Source of the DNA: an uncultured Actinomycetes bacterium
Lineage (GTDB): Bacteria > Actinomycetota > Thermoleophilia > Gaiellales > Gaiellaceae
NCBI GenBank assembly: GCA_963794115.1
Contig: CAWCCO010000008.1
Location: 35,585-99,584, forward strand
Reading direction: 5' to 3'
DNA: 64,000 nucleotides
In this document: piece after piece, positions 45,296 to 53,444 of the stretch
How positions within the stretch are numbered: the first letter of the stretch is position 1
How the letters are laid out: every line of letters begins with the position of its first letter
Translations under genes and position numbers: made by a program
Notes under the pieces: generated by a model
What the model was told of the DNA's origin: nothing
The model's input: only the letters and a program-made list of their open reading frames with translations
Databases searched by the model: none

Positions 45296-46204
45296 CTACA
45301 GGATCGACTGGCCTAGGGCGCTCGCGGCGAGCTCGACGGCGATCGCCGCGCTCCCGTTCTCGCGGTCGAGGATCGGGTTGACCTCGACCAGCTCGAGAGA
45401 GCCGACGAGCCCCGACTCGGCGAGGTCCTCGCAGGCGAGGTGTGCCTCGCGGTACGTGAGACCGCCCTTCACGGGCGTCCCCACCCCGGGCGCGACCTCG
45501 GGGTCGAGTGCGTCGAGGTCGAGCGAGACGTGGACGAAGCCGGGGCCCGAGGCTCGGTCGATCGCCTCGAGCACCGCACGCTCGATCCCGATGCGATCGA
45601 TCTCGGTCATCGTGATCGCGCGGATCCCCGTGTCGCGGATGAGCGCTCGCTCCGCCGTGTCGAGGGAACGGACGCCGAGCAGAACGACACGTCTCGGATC
45701 GACGGCCGGCAGCTCGAGGCCGTCATGGGCGAACTCGTCGCCCGCCAGGCCGAGTGCGGCTGCGAGCGGCATCCCGTGGACGTTCCCGGACGGGCTCGTC
45801 GCCGGCGTGTTCAGGTCGCCGTGCGCGTCGATCCAGATCACGCCGCCCGGCTCGCCGGCAGCTCGCCGTAGCCCGGCGAGCGTACCGAGCGCGATCGAGT
45901 GGTCGCCTCCGAGCACGAGCGGAAAACCGCCCTTTGCGACGACGTCGGCGACGAGCCCGGCAAGCCTCGCGCACGTCTCGAGGATCTCCGTCAGGAAGCG
46001 GGCGCGCTCGTCCCCGATCGCGAGTGCCTCGGGTTCGGCGGTCGTGAGGTTCCCGCGGTCGACGACCGTGCAGCCGAAGGACGAAAGGCGTTCCTCCAGC
46101 CCGGCGTAGCGGATCGCCGACGGGCCCATGTCGACCCCGCGTCGCCCCTGGCCGAGGTCGAGCGGCGCGCCGACGATCGTCACGGTCCTTCGGGTCGCAA
46201 CCAC
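45296..46204 (-). CDS. rocF: Arginase
   Basis: [35 protein letters not shown] and VEVNP motifs. Confidence 0.94.
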   Translation of the reverse strand: MVATRRTVTIVGAPLDLGQGRRGVDMGPSAIRYAGLEERLSSFGCTVVDRGNLTTAEPEALAIGDERARFLTEILETCARLAGLVADVVAKGGFPLVLGGDHSIALGTLAGLRRAAGEPGGVIWIDAHGDLNTPATSPSGNVHGMPLAAALGLAGDEFAHDGLELPAVDPRRVVLLGVRSLDTAERALIRDTGIRAITMTEIDRIGIERAVLEAIDRASGPGFVHVSLDLDALDPEVAPGVGTPVKGGLTYREAHLACEDLAESGLVGSLELVEVNPILDRENGSAAIAVELAASALGQSIL

Positions 46205-46253
46205 GGCCGCGTGAGGCTACACGGCGCGACGGCGGCTAGACTCCCGGCCGCGG

Positions 46254-46326
46254 GGCGAGGTAGCTCAGTTGGTAGAGCACACGGCTGAAAACCGTGGTGT
46301 CGCCGGTTCAAGTCCGGCCCTCGCCA
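46254..46326 (+). tRNA. tRNA-Phe (GAA)
   Basis: Acceptor GGCGAGG/CCTCGCC, anticodon arm CACGG-CTGAAAA-CCGTG, T-loop TTCAAGT; -10 TAGACT 46237-42. Confidence 0.97.
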
Positions 46327-46354
46327 CTTTCGTCTGACCCGGGAGGCGACCCGG

Positions 46355-46834
46355 TCAGAGCGACGTCGGATCGGCCGGACGCCATGGCTCGAGCCCGGCG
46401 TACGCGTCCTCCGCGGTGCGAGCCTCGACCCGGACGCCCGCGTCATGGCGGAGCGCGACCTCCGAGACCGGGTAGCGGATTCCTCCGCCCGTCCGCGCAC
46501 CGATCATCAGCAGCACGCACGGCTCCGACCCGTCGTTCACGAAGGTGTGCGGCGTCCCGGGCGGGCAATGGATCAGGTCCCACTGCCTCACCGGCCGCTC
46601 CTCGTCCTCCACGATTGCCGTGCACGAGCCGCGCAGGACGAGGAAGTCCTCCTGCGACTCCTCGGCGTGGTACAGCGTCGAGTGCTCGCCCGGCCCGATC
46701 GCCGAGAGATGGATCCCGATCTGCGGGAAGCGGCCGTCCTCGGGCTCGAGCAGCGCGCGCTTGCCGAAGCCGGGGCGCTTGACCCAGCGTGCCGCCTCGT
46801 CGGCGAGGTTCACCACGAACCATTGGTCCGGCAC
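46355..46834 (-). CDS. Cupin-domain protein
   Basis: YHAE..QEDFLVLRG and CPPGTPHTF cupin motifs. Confidence 0.85.
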   Translation of the reverse strand: MPDQWFVVNLADEAARWVKRPGFGKRALLEPEDGRFPQIGIHLSAIGPGEHSTLYHAEESQEDFLVLRGSCTAIVEDEERPVRQWDLIHCPPGTPHTFVNDGSEPCVLLMIGARTGGGIRYPVSEVALRHDAGVRVEARTAEDAYAGLEPWRPADPTSL

Positions 46835-46844
46835 GCGAGAGATC

Positions 46845-47693
46845 CTAGGCCCGCCTGTGCGCGAGCGCGACGCGTGCGACCCCGGTCACCGCGAGCGACC
46901 CATCCGGTTGCACATAGCTCTGAAGCCTGCGCTCCGCCCCGTGCCGTACTGCCTCGGCCTCCTCCGGCGTCGCCTCCTCGAGGATGAGCGTGAGCGCACG
47001 CGAGGTGTCGCGGGCGACGTCCCACCATGCGTCAAGCGACTCGACGCGCCAGGCGATCGACACGTCCTCCACGGTCTCGACGGCGAGACCCACGGGCTCG
47101 AGAACCCCGGCCAGGCGCCCCTCCTCGGAGAGCCGGAACGGGCCAGGCGCGTCGGGAGGAGGCCGTTCCGCGAGGCCGAGCTCCACCGCCGCCCGGCCGG
47201 GAGCAGTCATCCAGTCGTTCTCGTCGGGATGTGCCCACACCGCGACCGCGACGCGTCCGCCGGGCTTCGTCACACGCGCGACCTCGCCTGCCGCGCCGTC
47301 GATGTCCGGGACGAGCATCAGCCCCCAGCGGGAGAGGACCCCGTCGAACGACGCCGTGTCGAAGGACAGCGACGCCATGTCCTCGACGGCGAACGACACC
47401 GCCGGCTCGCCGAGCCCGAGCTCGGCCGCCCGGCGCCGCGCGGCCTCGACCATCTCCGGCGCGGCGTCGGTCGAGACGAGCCTGCCCGCAGGCCCGAGCG
47501 ACTGTGCGGCGAGGAAGCCCGTGTCTCCCGGCCCTGCCGCGACCTCGAGGATCGCCTCTCCCGCCCGGGGGTCGAGCAGCTCGACCAACCGTTCGGCAAC
47601 CGGTCGGGTTGCCTCCCAGACCAGGGGTCGCTGGCGCTCCCAACCGGCGGCCACCGACCGCCATGCCTCGATCTGCCGCTCGGCCTCGCCCAT
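46845..47693 (-). CDS. Class I SAM-dependent methyltransferase
   Basis: ILEVAAGPGDTG, SFDGV.SRWGLM and KPGGR motifs. Confidence 0.9.
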   Translation of the reverse strand: MGEAERQIEAWRSVAAGWERQRPLVWEATRPVAERLVELLDPRAGEAILEVAAGPGDTGFLAAQSLGPAGRLVSTDAAPEMVEAARRRAAELGLGEPAVSFAVEDMASLSFDTASFDGVLSRWGLMLVPDIDGAAGEVARVTKPGGRVAVAVWAHPDENDWMTAPGRAAVELGLAERPPPDAPGPFRLSEEGRLAGVLEPVGLAVETVEDVSIAWRVESLDAWWDVARDTSRALTLILEEATPEEAEAVRHGAERRLQSYVQPDGSLAVTGVARVALAHRRA

Positions 47694-47702
47694 CGCGGCA
47701 CC

Positions 47703-48722
47703 CTACGCGGGGGTACCGGCGAACTGGGGGATGATCTCGCGTCCGTACGCCTCGAGCGTGGCCTCCTGGTTGTGCGTCATCAGGTAGATCGAGTAGTGGT
47801 CGACGCCGATCGACTCGAGCTCCCGCAGCTTCTCGGAGATCTGGCCGACGTCGCCGAGCACCGAGAACCGGTCGCAGATCTCGTCCGTGACGAACTCGCC
47901 GTGCTTCGCGCCCACGCGCGAGTGCTCGTCGTAGTCGTAGAACTTCCGCTTCTCGACGTAGTCGGTCAACGCGTGCGGGACGACGGAGCCGTCGGTGCCG
48001 TACCGCTCGATCAGGTCCTTCACGTGGTTCGAGACCATCGCAGGGAACCAGCGGGTCTGCTCGCGTCCGTCCTCGATCGGGCCGACATGGCTCGGTGCGC
48101 AGACGATGCACTTGAGCTCCGCCGGATCCCGGCCCGCCTCCTCGGCGGCGGCGCGGGCGGTGCCCATGATCCACTGGATGATCTCCGGGTCGGCGAGCTG
48201 GATGATCACGCCGTCGCCGACGCGACCGGCGACGCCGAGTGCCTTCGGGCCGTAGCCGGCGACCCACATCGGGATCCGCGGCAGCTCCGGGCGGACCCAC
48301 TTCAGGTGGAGGTCCTTGTCGTTCCAGTGCACCTCCTCGCCGTTCATGAACGGCTTGATCATCCTCAGGCGCCGCTCGAACTCGGCGACCTTGACCGGCT
48401 GCTGACCGATGTAGCGCCGCGCGGAGTCGCCACGGCCGATCCCCATCACCATCCGGCCGTCGGAGATGTCGTGCATCGTTGCGTAGAGGCTCGCGAGCAC
48501 CGTCGGCTCCCGGGTTCCCGGGTTCGTGACTTGATGCCCGAACTTCATCCGGGACGTGGCCTCGATGGCCAACGTCAGCTGGATGAACGACTCCTGCCAG
48601 AGCACGTGGGAGTCGTAGGTCCAGCCGATCTCGAAGCCGTTGTCCTCGCCGAGCTTCATCAGCTCGACGAGCCGGGACGCGGGCGGGTCGGGCAGGACGG
48701 TGACGCCGAACGAAAGTGGCAT
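47703..48722 (-). CDS. LLM-class, probably F420-dependent oxidoreductase (TIGR03842-like)
   Basis: GWTYDSHVLWQE, VTNPGTR, GIGRGDSA, AGYGPKAL, IIQLADP, TRWF..MV.NHV and YDYDEH motifs. Confidence 0.85.
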   Translation of the reverse strand: MPLSFGVTVLPDPPASRLVELMKLGEDNGFEIGWTYDSHVLWQESFIQLTLAIEATSRMKFGHQVTNPGTREPTVLASLYATMHDISDGRMVMGIGRGDSARRYIGQQPVKVAEFERRLRMIKPFMNGEEVHWNDKDLHLKWVRPELPRIPMWVAGYGPKALGVAGRVGDGVIIQLADPEIIQWIMGTARAAAEEAGRDPAELKCIVCAPSHVGPIEDGREQTRWFPAMVSNHVKDLIERYGTDGSVVPHALTDYVEKRKFYDYDEHSRVGAKHGEFVTDEICDRFSVLGDVGQISEKLRELESIGVDHYSIYLMTHNQEATLEAYGREIIPQFAGTPA

Positions 48723-48751
48723 GTGAAAGACCTCCGTCGAGTGCGAGACGT

Positions 48752-49939
48752 TCAGTATCCGCGGTCGCCGTCGTCGTCGCCAACCGGGTCGGTCGGTGGG
48801 AGGCGCCGGGCGAACGGCAGCGCGGCGGCCGCGAGGCCCGCAATCGCCGCGAACGCGATCCGTCCGTCGCCGGGGAGCGCGAAGGCGGCGCCCGCGAGCG
48901 GGGTCCCGACCAGCACAGCGGAGATCGCGCACGCGTTGACGAGACCGACGGCCGCGCCGGGCGCGTCGGGGCGAAGCCGTTGCGTCGCCTCGAAGATCGG
49001 AGCGAACGGCAGGCCGGCCGCGAGGCCGAGGCAGAGCGCGCCGAGTCCCGAGACCCAGGTCGGCCCGCCCACGGCCAGGAGCAGAGATCCGGCCGCTACC
49101 GCGGCGAGTGAGCCCACCACCAGTCCGTGCCGACCCGCGGGGCGGCGGTGCACGGCGCCTCCGCCGAGCGGCCGCGTCACGATCCCGGCGAGCAGGATCA
49201 GTCCGCCCACCGCGCCCGCGACGGCCGAGCTCACGTCCTGCCGCTCGAGGAGCGGGACGACCCAGTTGCCTGCGACGACGGCGAGCCCGAAGGTCGCCGC
49301 CTGGAGGACGCCGAGCGGGAGCAGCCTCCGGTCGCCGAGGACGCCTCGTGTGGAGTGTCCGACCCGGCAAAGGCCCCGCACGAGCACGGTCGGCACCGCG
49401 GCGGCGACCGCGAGGACGAGCGCCGCCGCGTAGGTCGCCCGCCAGCCGGTCGCATCGGTGAGCGGCGGCACGATCACGAGCGCAAGCCCGCCTCCCGCCA
49501 TCGTCGCTCCGCCGTAGACGCCGTGGAGGACTGGCCCGCCGCCACCCACGCGGACGAGGTCGAGGCCCGCCACGAACCCAGCCCCCGAGCCGATCCCGAC
49601 CACGAGCCGACCGACGACGCCGAGGGCGATCTCGTCGTCGATCAGCAGGAGCGCGTTTCCGGCGGCTCCGAATGCGCACGCCGCGAGCGCCACGCGGTGT
49701 GGGCCGATCCGGTCCGACCAGATGCCGGCGGGGAGCTGGGCCAGGAGGTGCGTGACGAACAGCGCCGTGGTGAGCAGGCCGACCACCGCGAGCGACACGC
49801 CGTACGCCTCGGCGAGCGGATCCGCGGCCGCGCCGACGTTCGAGACGTTCCACGTGAGAAAGCAGCCGACGACGAGCCCCGCGACGACCGCCGAGGTGTG
49901 CCGGTTGCGTGCCAGTTCGTCCACAACCGGGGTTCGCAC
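48752..49939 (-). CDS. MFS transporter
   Basis: About 12 TMs; motif A-like QLPAGIWSDRIGPHR. Confidence 0.88.
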   Translation of the reverse strand: MRTPVVDELARNRHTSAVVAGLVVGCFLTWNVSNVGAAADPLAEAYGVSLAVVGLLTTALFVTHLLAQLPAGIWSDRIGPHRVALAACAFGAAGNALLLIDDEIALGVVGRLVVGIGSGAGFVAGLDLVRVGGGGPVLHGVYGGATMAGGGLALVIVPPLTDATGWRATYAAALVLAVAAAVPTVLVRGLCRVGHSTRGVLGDRRLLPLGVLQAATFGLAVVAGNWVVPLLERQDVSSAVAGAVGGLILLAGIVTRPLGGGAVHRRPAGRHGLVVGSLAAVAAGSLLLAVGGPTWVSGLGALCLGLAAGLPFAPIFEATQRLRPDAPGAAVGLVNACAISAVLVGTPLAGAAFALPGDGRIAFAAIAGLAAAALPFARRLPPTDPVGDDDGDRGY

Positions 49940-49966
49940 GGCCGCCGCAGCCTACTCTCGCGGTGT

Positions 49967-50054
49967 GGAGGGTGAAATCTCGAGGCGAGATGCACGGTTC
50001 ACAACCGATGCGATCGGCCAACCACCGGTTCCGGTTCGAGTCCGGCACCCTCCG
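49967..50054 (+). tRNA. Non-canonical 8/4 allo-tRNA-like gene, anticodon CAC, long variable arm, G discriminator
   Basis: Acceptor GGAGGGTG/CACCCTCC (8 bp); D-arm ATCTCG-AGG-CGAGAT; anticodon arm GCACGG-TTCACAA-CCG(A)TGC; V-arm ATCGG-CCAACCA-CCGGT; T-arm CCGG-TTCGAGT-CCGG (4 bp); -10 TACTCT 49953-58. Confidence 0.85.
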
Positions 50055-50111
50055 CGCCGTAATGTCGAGGGGCGCAGCCGAGGTCGGCGTCGCGCGGCGC
50101 TACACTGAGTG

Positions 50112-50185
50112 GCGGTTGTGAACCGTGCGCGGGGTGGTTCCCCGCTTCACCCAGACCTCGGCCCGCCCTTCGGCGGGCCGTCGTC
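50112..50185 (+). ncRNA. Putative small RNA antisense to the allo-tRNA
   Basis: -10 TACACT 50101-06; 50113-28 is the exact reverse complement of 49992-50007; internal hairpin 50129-45; 50146-52 complementary to 49970-76; ends in hairpin 50159-80. Confidence 0.7.
50159..50180. terminator. GC-rich terminator-like hairpin (possibly bidirectional)
   Basis: CGGCCCGCC-CTTC-GGCGGGCCG between the convergent sRNA and the NUDIX remnant. Confidence 0.6.
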
Positions 50186-50187
50186 GT

Positions 50188-50460
50188 TCAGCGCCTCGGT
50201 CTGGTCGCTGCTTCGATCCCTCGTCCAACGATCTCGCGGACGAGCGTCTGCTCTGGTCTACGGTGCTCTATCACTTGGTCGAGCTGATCGGGACACCTCC
50301 CGGCTCAGTGCTTCGAGGGAAGTTTCGCCGTCCTCCACGTGCCCGCCCGGGATGTCCCAACGCCCGGAAAGAGCGCACGGTCGTAGCCTCTTCGGTGAAC
50401 GAATGCACGTCCCTGAGCGTCGACGATGACCGCGCTGACGGTCTCGCGGGGACGGCTCAC
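50188..50460 (-). pseudogene. NUDIX hydrolase remnant (frameshift plus internal deletion)
   Basis: Manual translation: VSRPRETVSAVIVDAQGRAFVHRRGYDRALFPG / WDIPGGHVEDGETSLEALSREV (Nudix box broken off) / DQLDQVIEHRRPEQTLVREIV...*. Confidence 0.7.
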
Positions 50461-50467
50461 GGGCTCG

Positions 50468-51706
50468 TCAGCCCGCGACGTGCGCGATCGTCTTCGAGGC
50501 GAGGCGGTCGAGGGCCGCGACAGACAGCTCGAGGTGCTCGGGCTTCGTGTCCTCGAGCTTCGTGTGCGAGAGGCCGCGCAGGCTCTGGACGAAGAGCATC
50601 ACGGTCGACACGCCTGCGCGCGCGACCTCCGCCGCGTCGTGCAGGGGCCCGGAGGGCAGGCGGTGCGACGGGCCCGCGACCTCGCGGATCGCCTCGTCGG
50701 CGAAGCCGATCAGGGTCTCGTCGAACAGGATCGGCTCGATGTTCCAGATCCGCTCCCAGGCGACGTCGATCTGCTCCTCCTGCGCGAACGTCCGCGAGAG
50801 CTCCTGCGCGTGCGCGAGCATGGTGGCGAGCTTGTCGGCATCGAGGTGGCGCTGGTCGAGCAGCTGCTCTGCGGTCTCGACGACCGAGGTCACGATCCCC
50901 GGACGGCAGACCACGCCGCCGGACGTGCACACCGCGCCGTCGCCCGTCTCGCGCGCCACGTTGCGGATCGCCAGCGCGAGCTTCGCGGCGCCGGCGAGGG
51001 CGTCGCGACGCTGGTCCATCGGAGTCGACCCGGCATGCGCAGCCTGGCCCGTCCAGATGATCCGCCAGCGCTCGACGCCGAAGGTGCCGAGGACCGCGCC
51101 GAGCGGGAGGTCGAGCGACTCGAGCACCGGCCCCTGCTCGATGTGGAGCTCGAGGTAGGCGGCTGCGTTCTCGAGCTGCGCATGCGCGTCGAGCGCACGG
51201 TCGAGGTCGACGCCGAACGCGCCGATCGCATCGGGAAGCGAGACCCCGTCGCGGTCGACGAGCGCGCGCAGCTCGTCCTGGTCGGCCATCGACCCGCCGG
51301 CGGCGGACGAGCCGAAGAGCGATCGGCCGAACCGGGCACCCTCCTCGTCCGCCCAGTCGACGAGCCGGACGGTGACCGGCGGCGTGCCCTCGTCCGCGAT
51401 CCGGCGAAGAACCTCAGCCGCGCCGAGGACGTTCAGGCAGCCGTCGAGCCAGCCGCCGTTCGGGACGGAGTCCATGTGGCCGCCCAGCAGGACGGCGCGC
51501 TCCGAGTCGCCGCGGAGCGTGTACCAGTCGTTGCCGGCGGCATCTCGCTCGACCTCGAGCGGGAGGTCGGAGAGGCTCTCCGCGAGCCACGCACGGCCCT
51601 TCGCCCAGGTCTCCGTCCACGCGACGCGCTGTGCGCCGTCCTCGTTCCCCGTGAGCGAGCGGAGCTCCTCGAGACGCGAGACGACACGGGATGGATCGAG
51701 CGCCAC
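50468..51706 (-). CDS. Zn-dependent carbamoylase (M20; beta-ureidopropionase/N-carbamoyl-amino-acid hydrolase)
   Basis: GHMDSVPNGGWLDG, DEEGARFG, ELHIEQGPVL, HAGSTPM..RRDA and SGPLHDA motifs. Confidence 0.9.
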   Translation of the reverse strand: MALDPSRVVSRLEELRSLTGNEDGAQRVAWTETWAKGRAWLAESLSDLPLEVERDAAGNDWYTLRGDSERAVLLGGHMDSVPNGGWLDGCLNVLGAAEVLRRIADEGTPPVTVRLVDWADEEGARFGRSLFGSSAAGGSMADQDELRALVDRDGVSLPDAIGAFGVDLDRALDAHAQLENAAAYLELHIEQGPVLESLDLPLGAVLGTFGVERWRIIWTGQAAHAGSTPMDQRRDALAGAAKLALAIRNVARETGDGAVCTSGGVVCRPGIVTSVVETAEQLLDQRHLDADKLATMLAHAQELSRTFAQEEQIDVAWERIWNIEPILFDETLIGFADEAIREVAGPSHRLPSGPLHDAAEVARAGVSTVMLFVQSLRGLSHTKLEDTKPEHLELSVAALDRLASKTIAHVAG

Positions 51707-51762
51707 GGGTTCCGAGCTTAACGTCCTCCCGCGGCCACGGGTGTGGTAAGGAATGCGCCCAG

Positions 51763-52632
51763 ATGTCGGCCGTCGCAGTCGAGACGCGTCAGGCGCGAAT
51801 CGTGCCCGCCCTCGGACGGCTGGCGACGTTCGTCCTCGTGATCGCCGTGCTCTGGGGCGGCTGGGAGGGCTACAAGTGGCTGTGGGAGACCACGGGCTGG
51901 ACGTGGCCCTTCGTGGTCGACGACACGACGATGCCGCACATCCACGACATTCTCAACGCGTTCAGGGAGCCGATCACGGCCGGCGGCCCGGCACTGATCC
52001 ACCCACTGCTCGACGCGGCGTGGTTCACCGCCAAGGAGGCGCTTGCCGGCTTCGTCCTCGGCGCGATCTTCGGCTTCGGTCTCGCGGTCCTGCTCGTCCA
52101 CTCGCGTCTGCTCGAGCGAGGCCTCCTGCCGTACGTCGTCGCATCGCAGACGGTGCCGATCCTGGCGATCGCCCCGATGGTCGTGATCGGCCTCGGCTCC
52201 AAGGGCGTCGAGGGCTGGAAGGCGGTGTCGGTGCTCGCCGCCTACCTCACCTTCTTCCCGGTCGCGATCAACTCGATCCGCGGGCTGAAGTCGGCCGACC
52301 CGCGCGCCTTCGAGCTGATGGACTCCTACGCCGCGAGCCGCTGGAGCATCCTCTGGCGCCTCCGGGTCCCCGCCTCGATGCCCTACCTGTTCACCGCGCT
52401 GAAGATCTCGGCGACCGCGGCCGTGATCGGCGCGATCATCGGCGAAACGCCCGCCTCGATCCAGGAGGGGCTCGGCGGCGCGATCGTGAACTTCAACCAG
52501 TACTACTCGCTCCAGCCGACGGCGCTCTGGGCGACCAACATCGTCTGCGCCGCGCTCGGGCTCGTCCTGTTCGGGCTCGTCGCGCTCGCCGAGCGGCTGC
52601 TGCTGCACCGCGCGCCGGAGCACGTCGCATGA
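51763..52632 (+). CDS. NitT/TauT-type ABC permease
   Basis: SQTVPILAIAP, TFFPV and EAA-like loop LR.PASMPYLF..LK. Confidence 0.9.
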   Translation: MSAVAVETRQARIVPALGRLATFVLVIAVLWGGWEGYKWLWETTGWTWPFVVDDTTMPHIHDILNAFREPITAGGPALIHPLLDAAWFTAKEALAGFVLGAIFGFGLAVLLVHSRLLERGLLPYVVASQTVPILAIAPMVVIGLGSKGVEGWKAVSVLAAYLTFFPVAINSIRGLKSADPRAFELMDSYAASRWSILWRLRVPASMPYLFTALKISATAAVIGAIIGETPASIQEGLGGAIVNFNQYYSLQPTALWATNIVCAALGLVLFGLVALAERLLLHRAPEHVA

Positions 52633-53444
52633 CCGAGGCGGGCGCGAACGTCGTCTCGATCCAGGGCCTCACGAAGTCGTTCCGCACGGGCGTGACCGCG
52701 CTCGAGGACATCGACCTCGAGGTCGCGCCGCGCGAGTTCGTGTCGCTGATCGGCCCGTCCGGCTGTGGGAAGTCGACGCTGCTCCGGATCATCGGCGACC
52801 TCGTCACGCCGAGCTCCGGCACGGTCCGCGTGAACGGGAAGACCGCGCACCGGGCGCGGGTCGACCACGACTACGGGATCGTGTTCCAGGACGCGGTGCT
52901 GTTCGACTGGCGCACGGTCTCGAAGAACGTCTCGCTGCCGCTCGAGCTCCTGGGCTGGGACCGGGCGCGGCGCAGGGAGCGGGTCGCGGAGCTGCTCCAC
53001 CTCGTCGAGCTGACCGGGTTCGAGTCGAGCCGCCCCTGGCAGCTCTCGGGCGGGATGCAGCAGCGCGTCTCGATCGCGCGGGCCCTCTCCTTCGATCCTG
53101 CGCTGCTCCTGATGGACGAGCCGTTCGGCGCGCTCGACGAGATGACCCGCGAGCGCCTCAACCTCGAGCTGCTCGGGATCTGGGCGAAGTCCGCGAGCAC
53201 GATCGTGTTCGTCACGCACTCGATCCCCGAGGCCGTCTTCCTCTCGACGCGGGTCGTCGTGATGTCCCCGCGCCCCGGGCGGATCTCCGAGACGATCGAG
53301 GTCGACCTCCCGTACCCGCGGAACGCGATGACGCACGAGGAGCCGCGCTTCTTCGAGCTCGTCACCGCGGTGCGCGAGGCGCTCGCCGCCGGGCACGGCA
53401 GGCACGGCACCCGCGACGCGGCCGGGACGACGGAGGAGCGGTGA
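52629..53444 (+). CDS. NitT/TauT-type ABC ATP-binding protein
   Basis: GPSGCGKST, LSGGMQQR, MDEPFGALD and VTHS motifs. Confidence 0.94.
   Translation: MTEAGANVVSIQGLTKSFRTGVTALEDIDLEVAPREFVSLIGPSGCGKSTLLRIIGDLVTPSSGTVRVNGKTAHRARVDHDYGIVFQDAVLFDWRTVSKNVSLPLELLGWDRARRRERVAELLHLVELTGFESSRPWQLSGGMQQRVSIARALSFDPALLLMDEPFGALDEMTRERLNLELLGIWAKSASTIVFVTHSIPEAVFLSTRVVVMSPRPGRISETIEVDLPYPRNAMTHEEPRFFELVTAVREALAAGHGRHGTRDAAGTTEER

Noticed and set aside
49847-49860. Second parS-like sequence GTTCCACGTGAGAA
   Set aside because: Several mismatches, not palindromic, and inside the MFS coding sequence.
49967-50054. Canonical tRNA-Sec (selC), since the loop region contains TCA and the acceptor stem is 8 bp
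   Set aside because: The T-stem is 4 bp rather than 5, the stem register centres CAC rather than TCA in the 7-nt loop, the D-loop is AGG, no selA/selB is in the window, and the antisense copy confirms the loop sequence.
49970-50152. 6S RNA (a ~185-nt self-complementary region)
   Set aside because: The 5' half forms a complete cloverleaf with a T-loop, an internal -10 box precedes the 3' half, and the paired arms enclose two hairpins rather than an open central bubble. Not formally excluded without an Rfam search.
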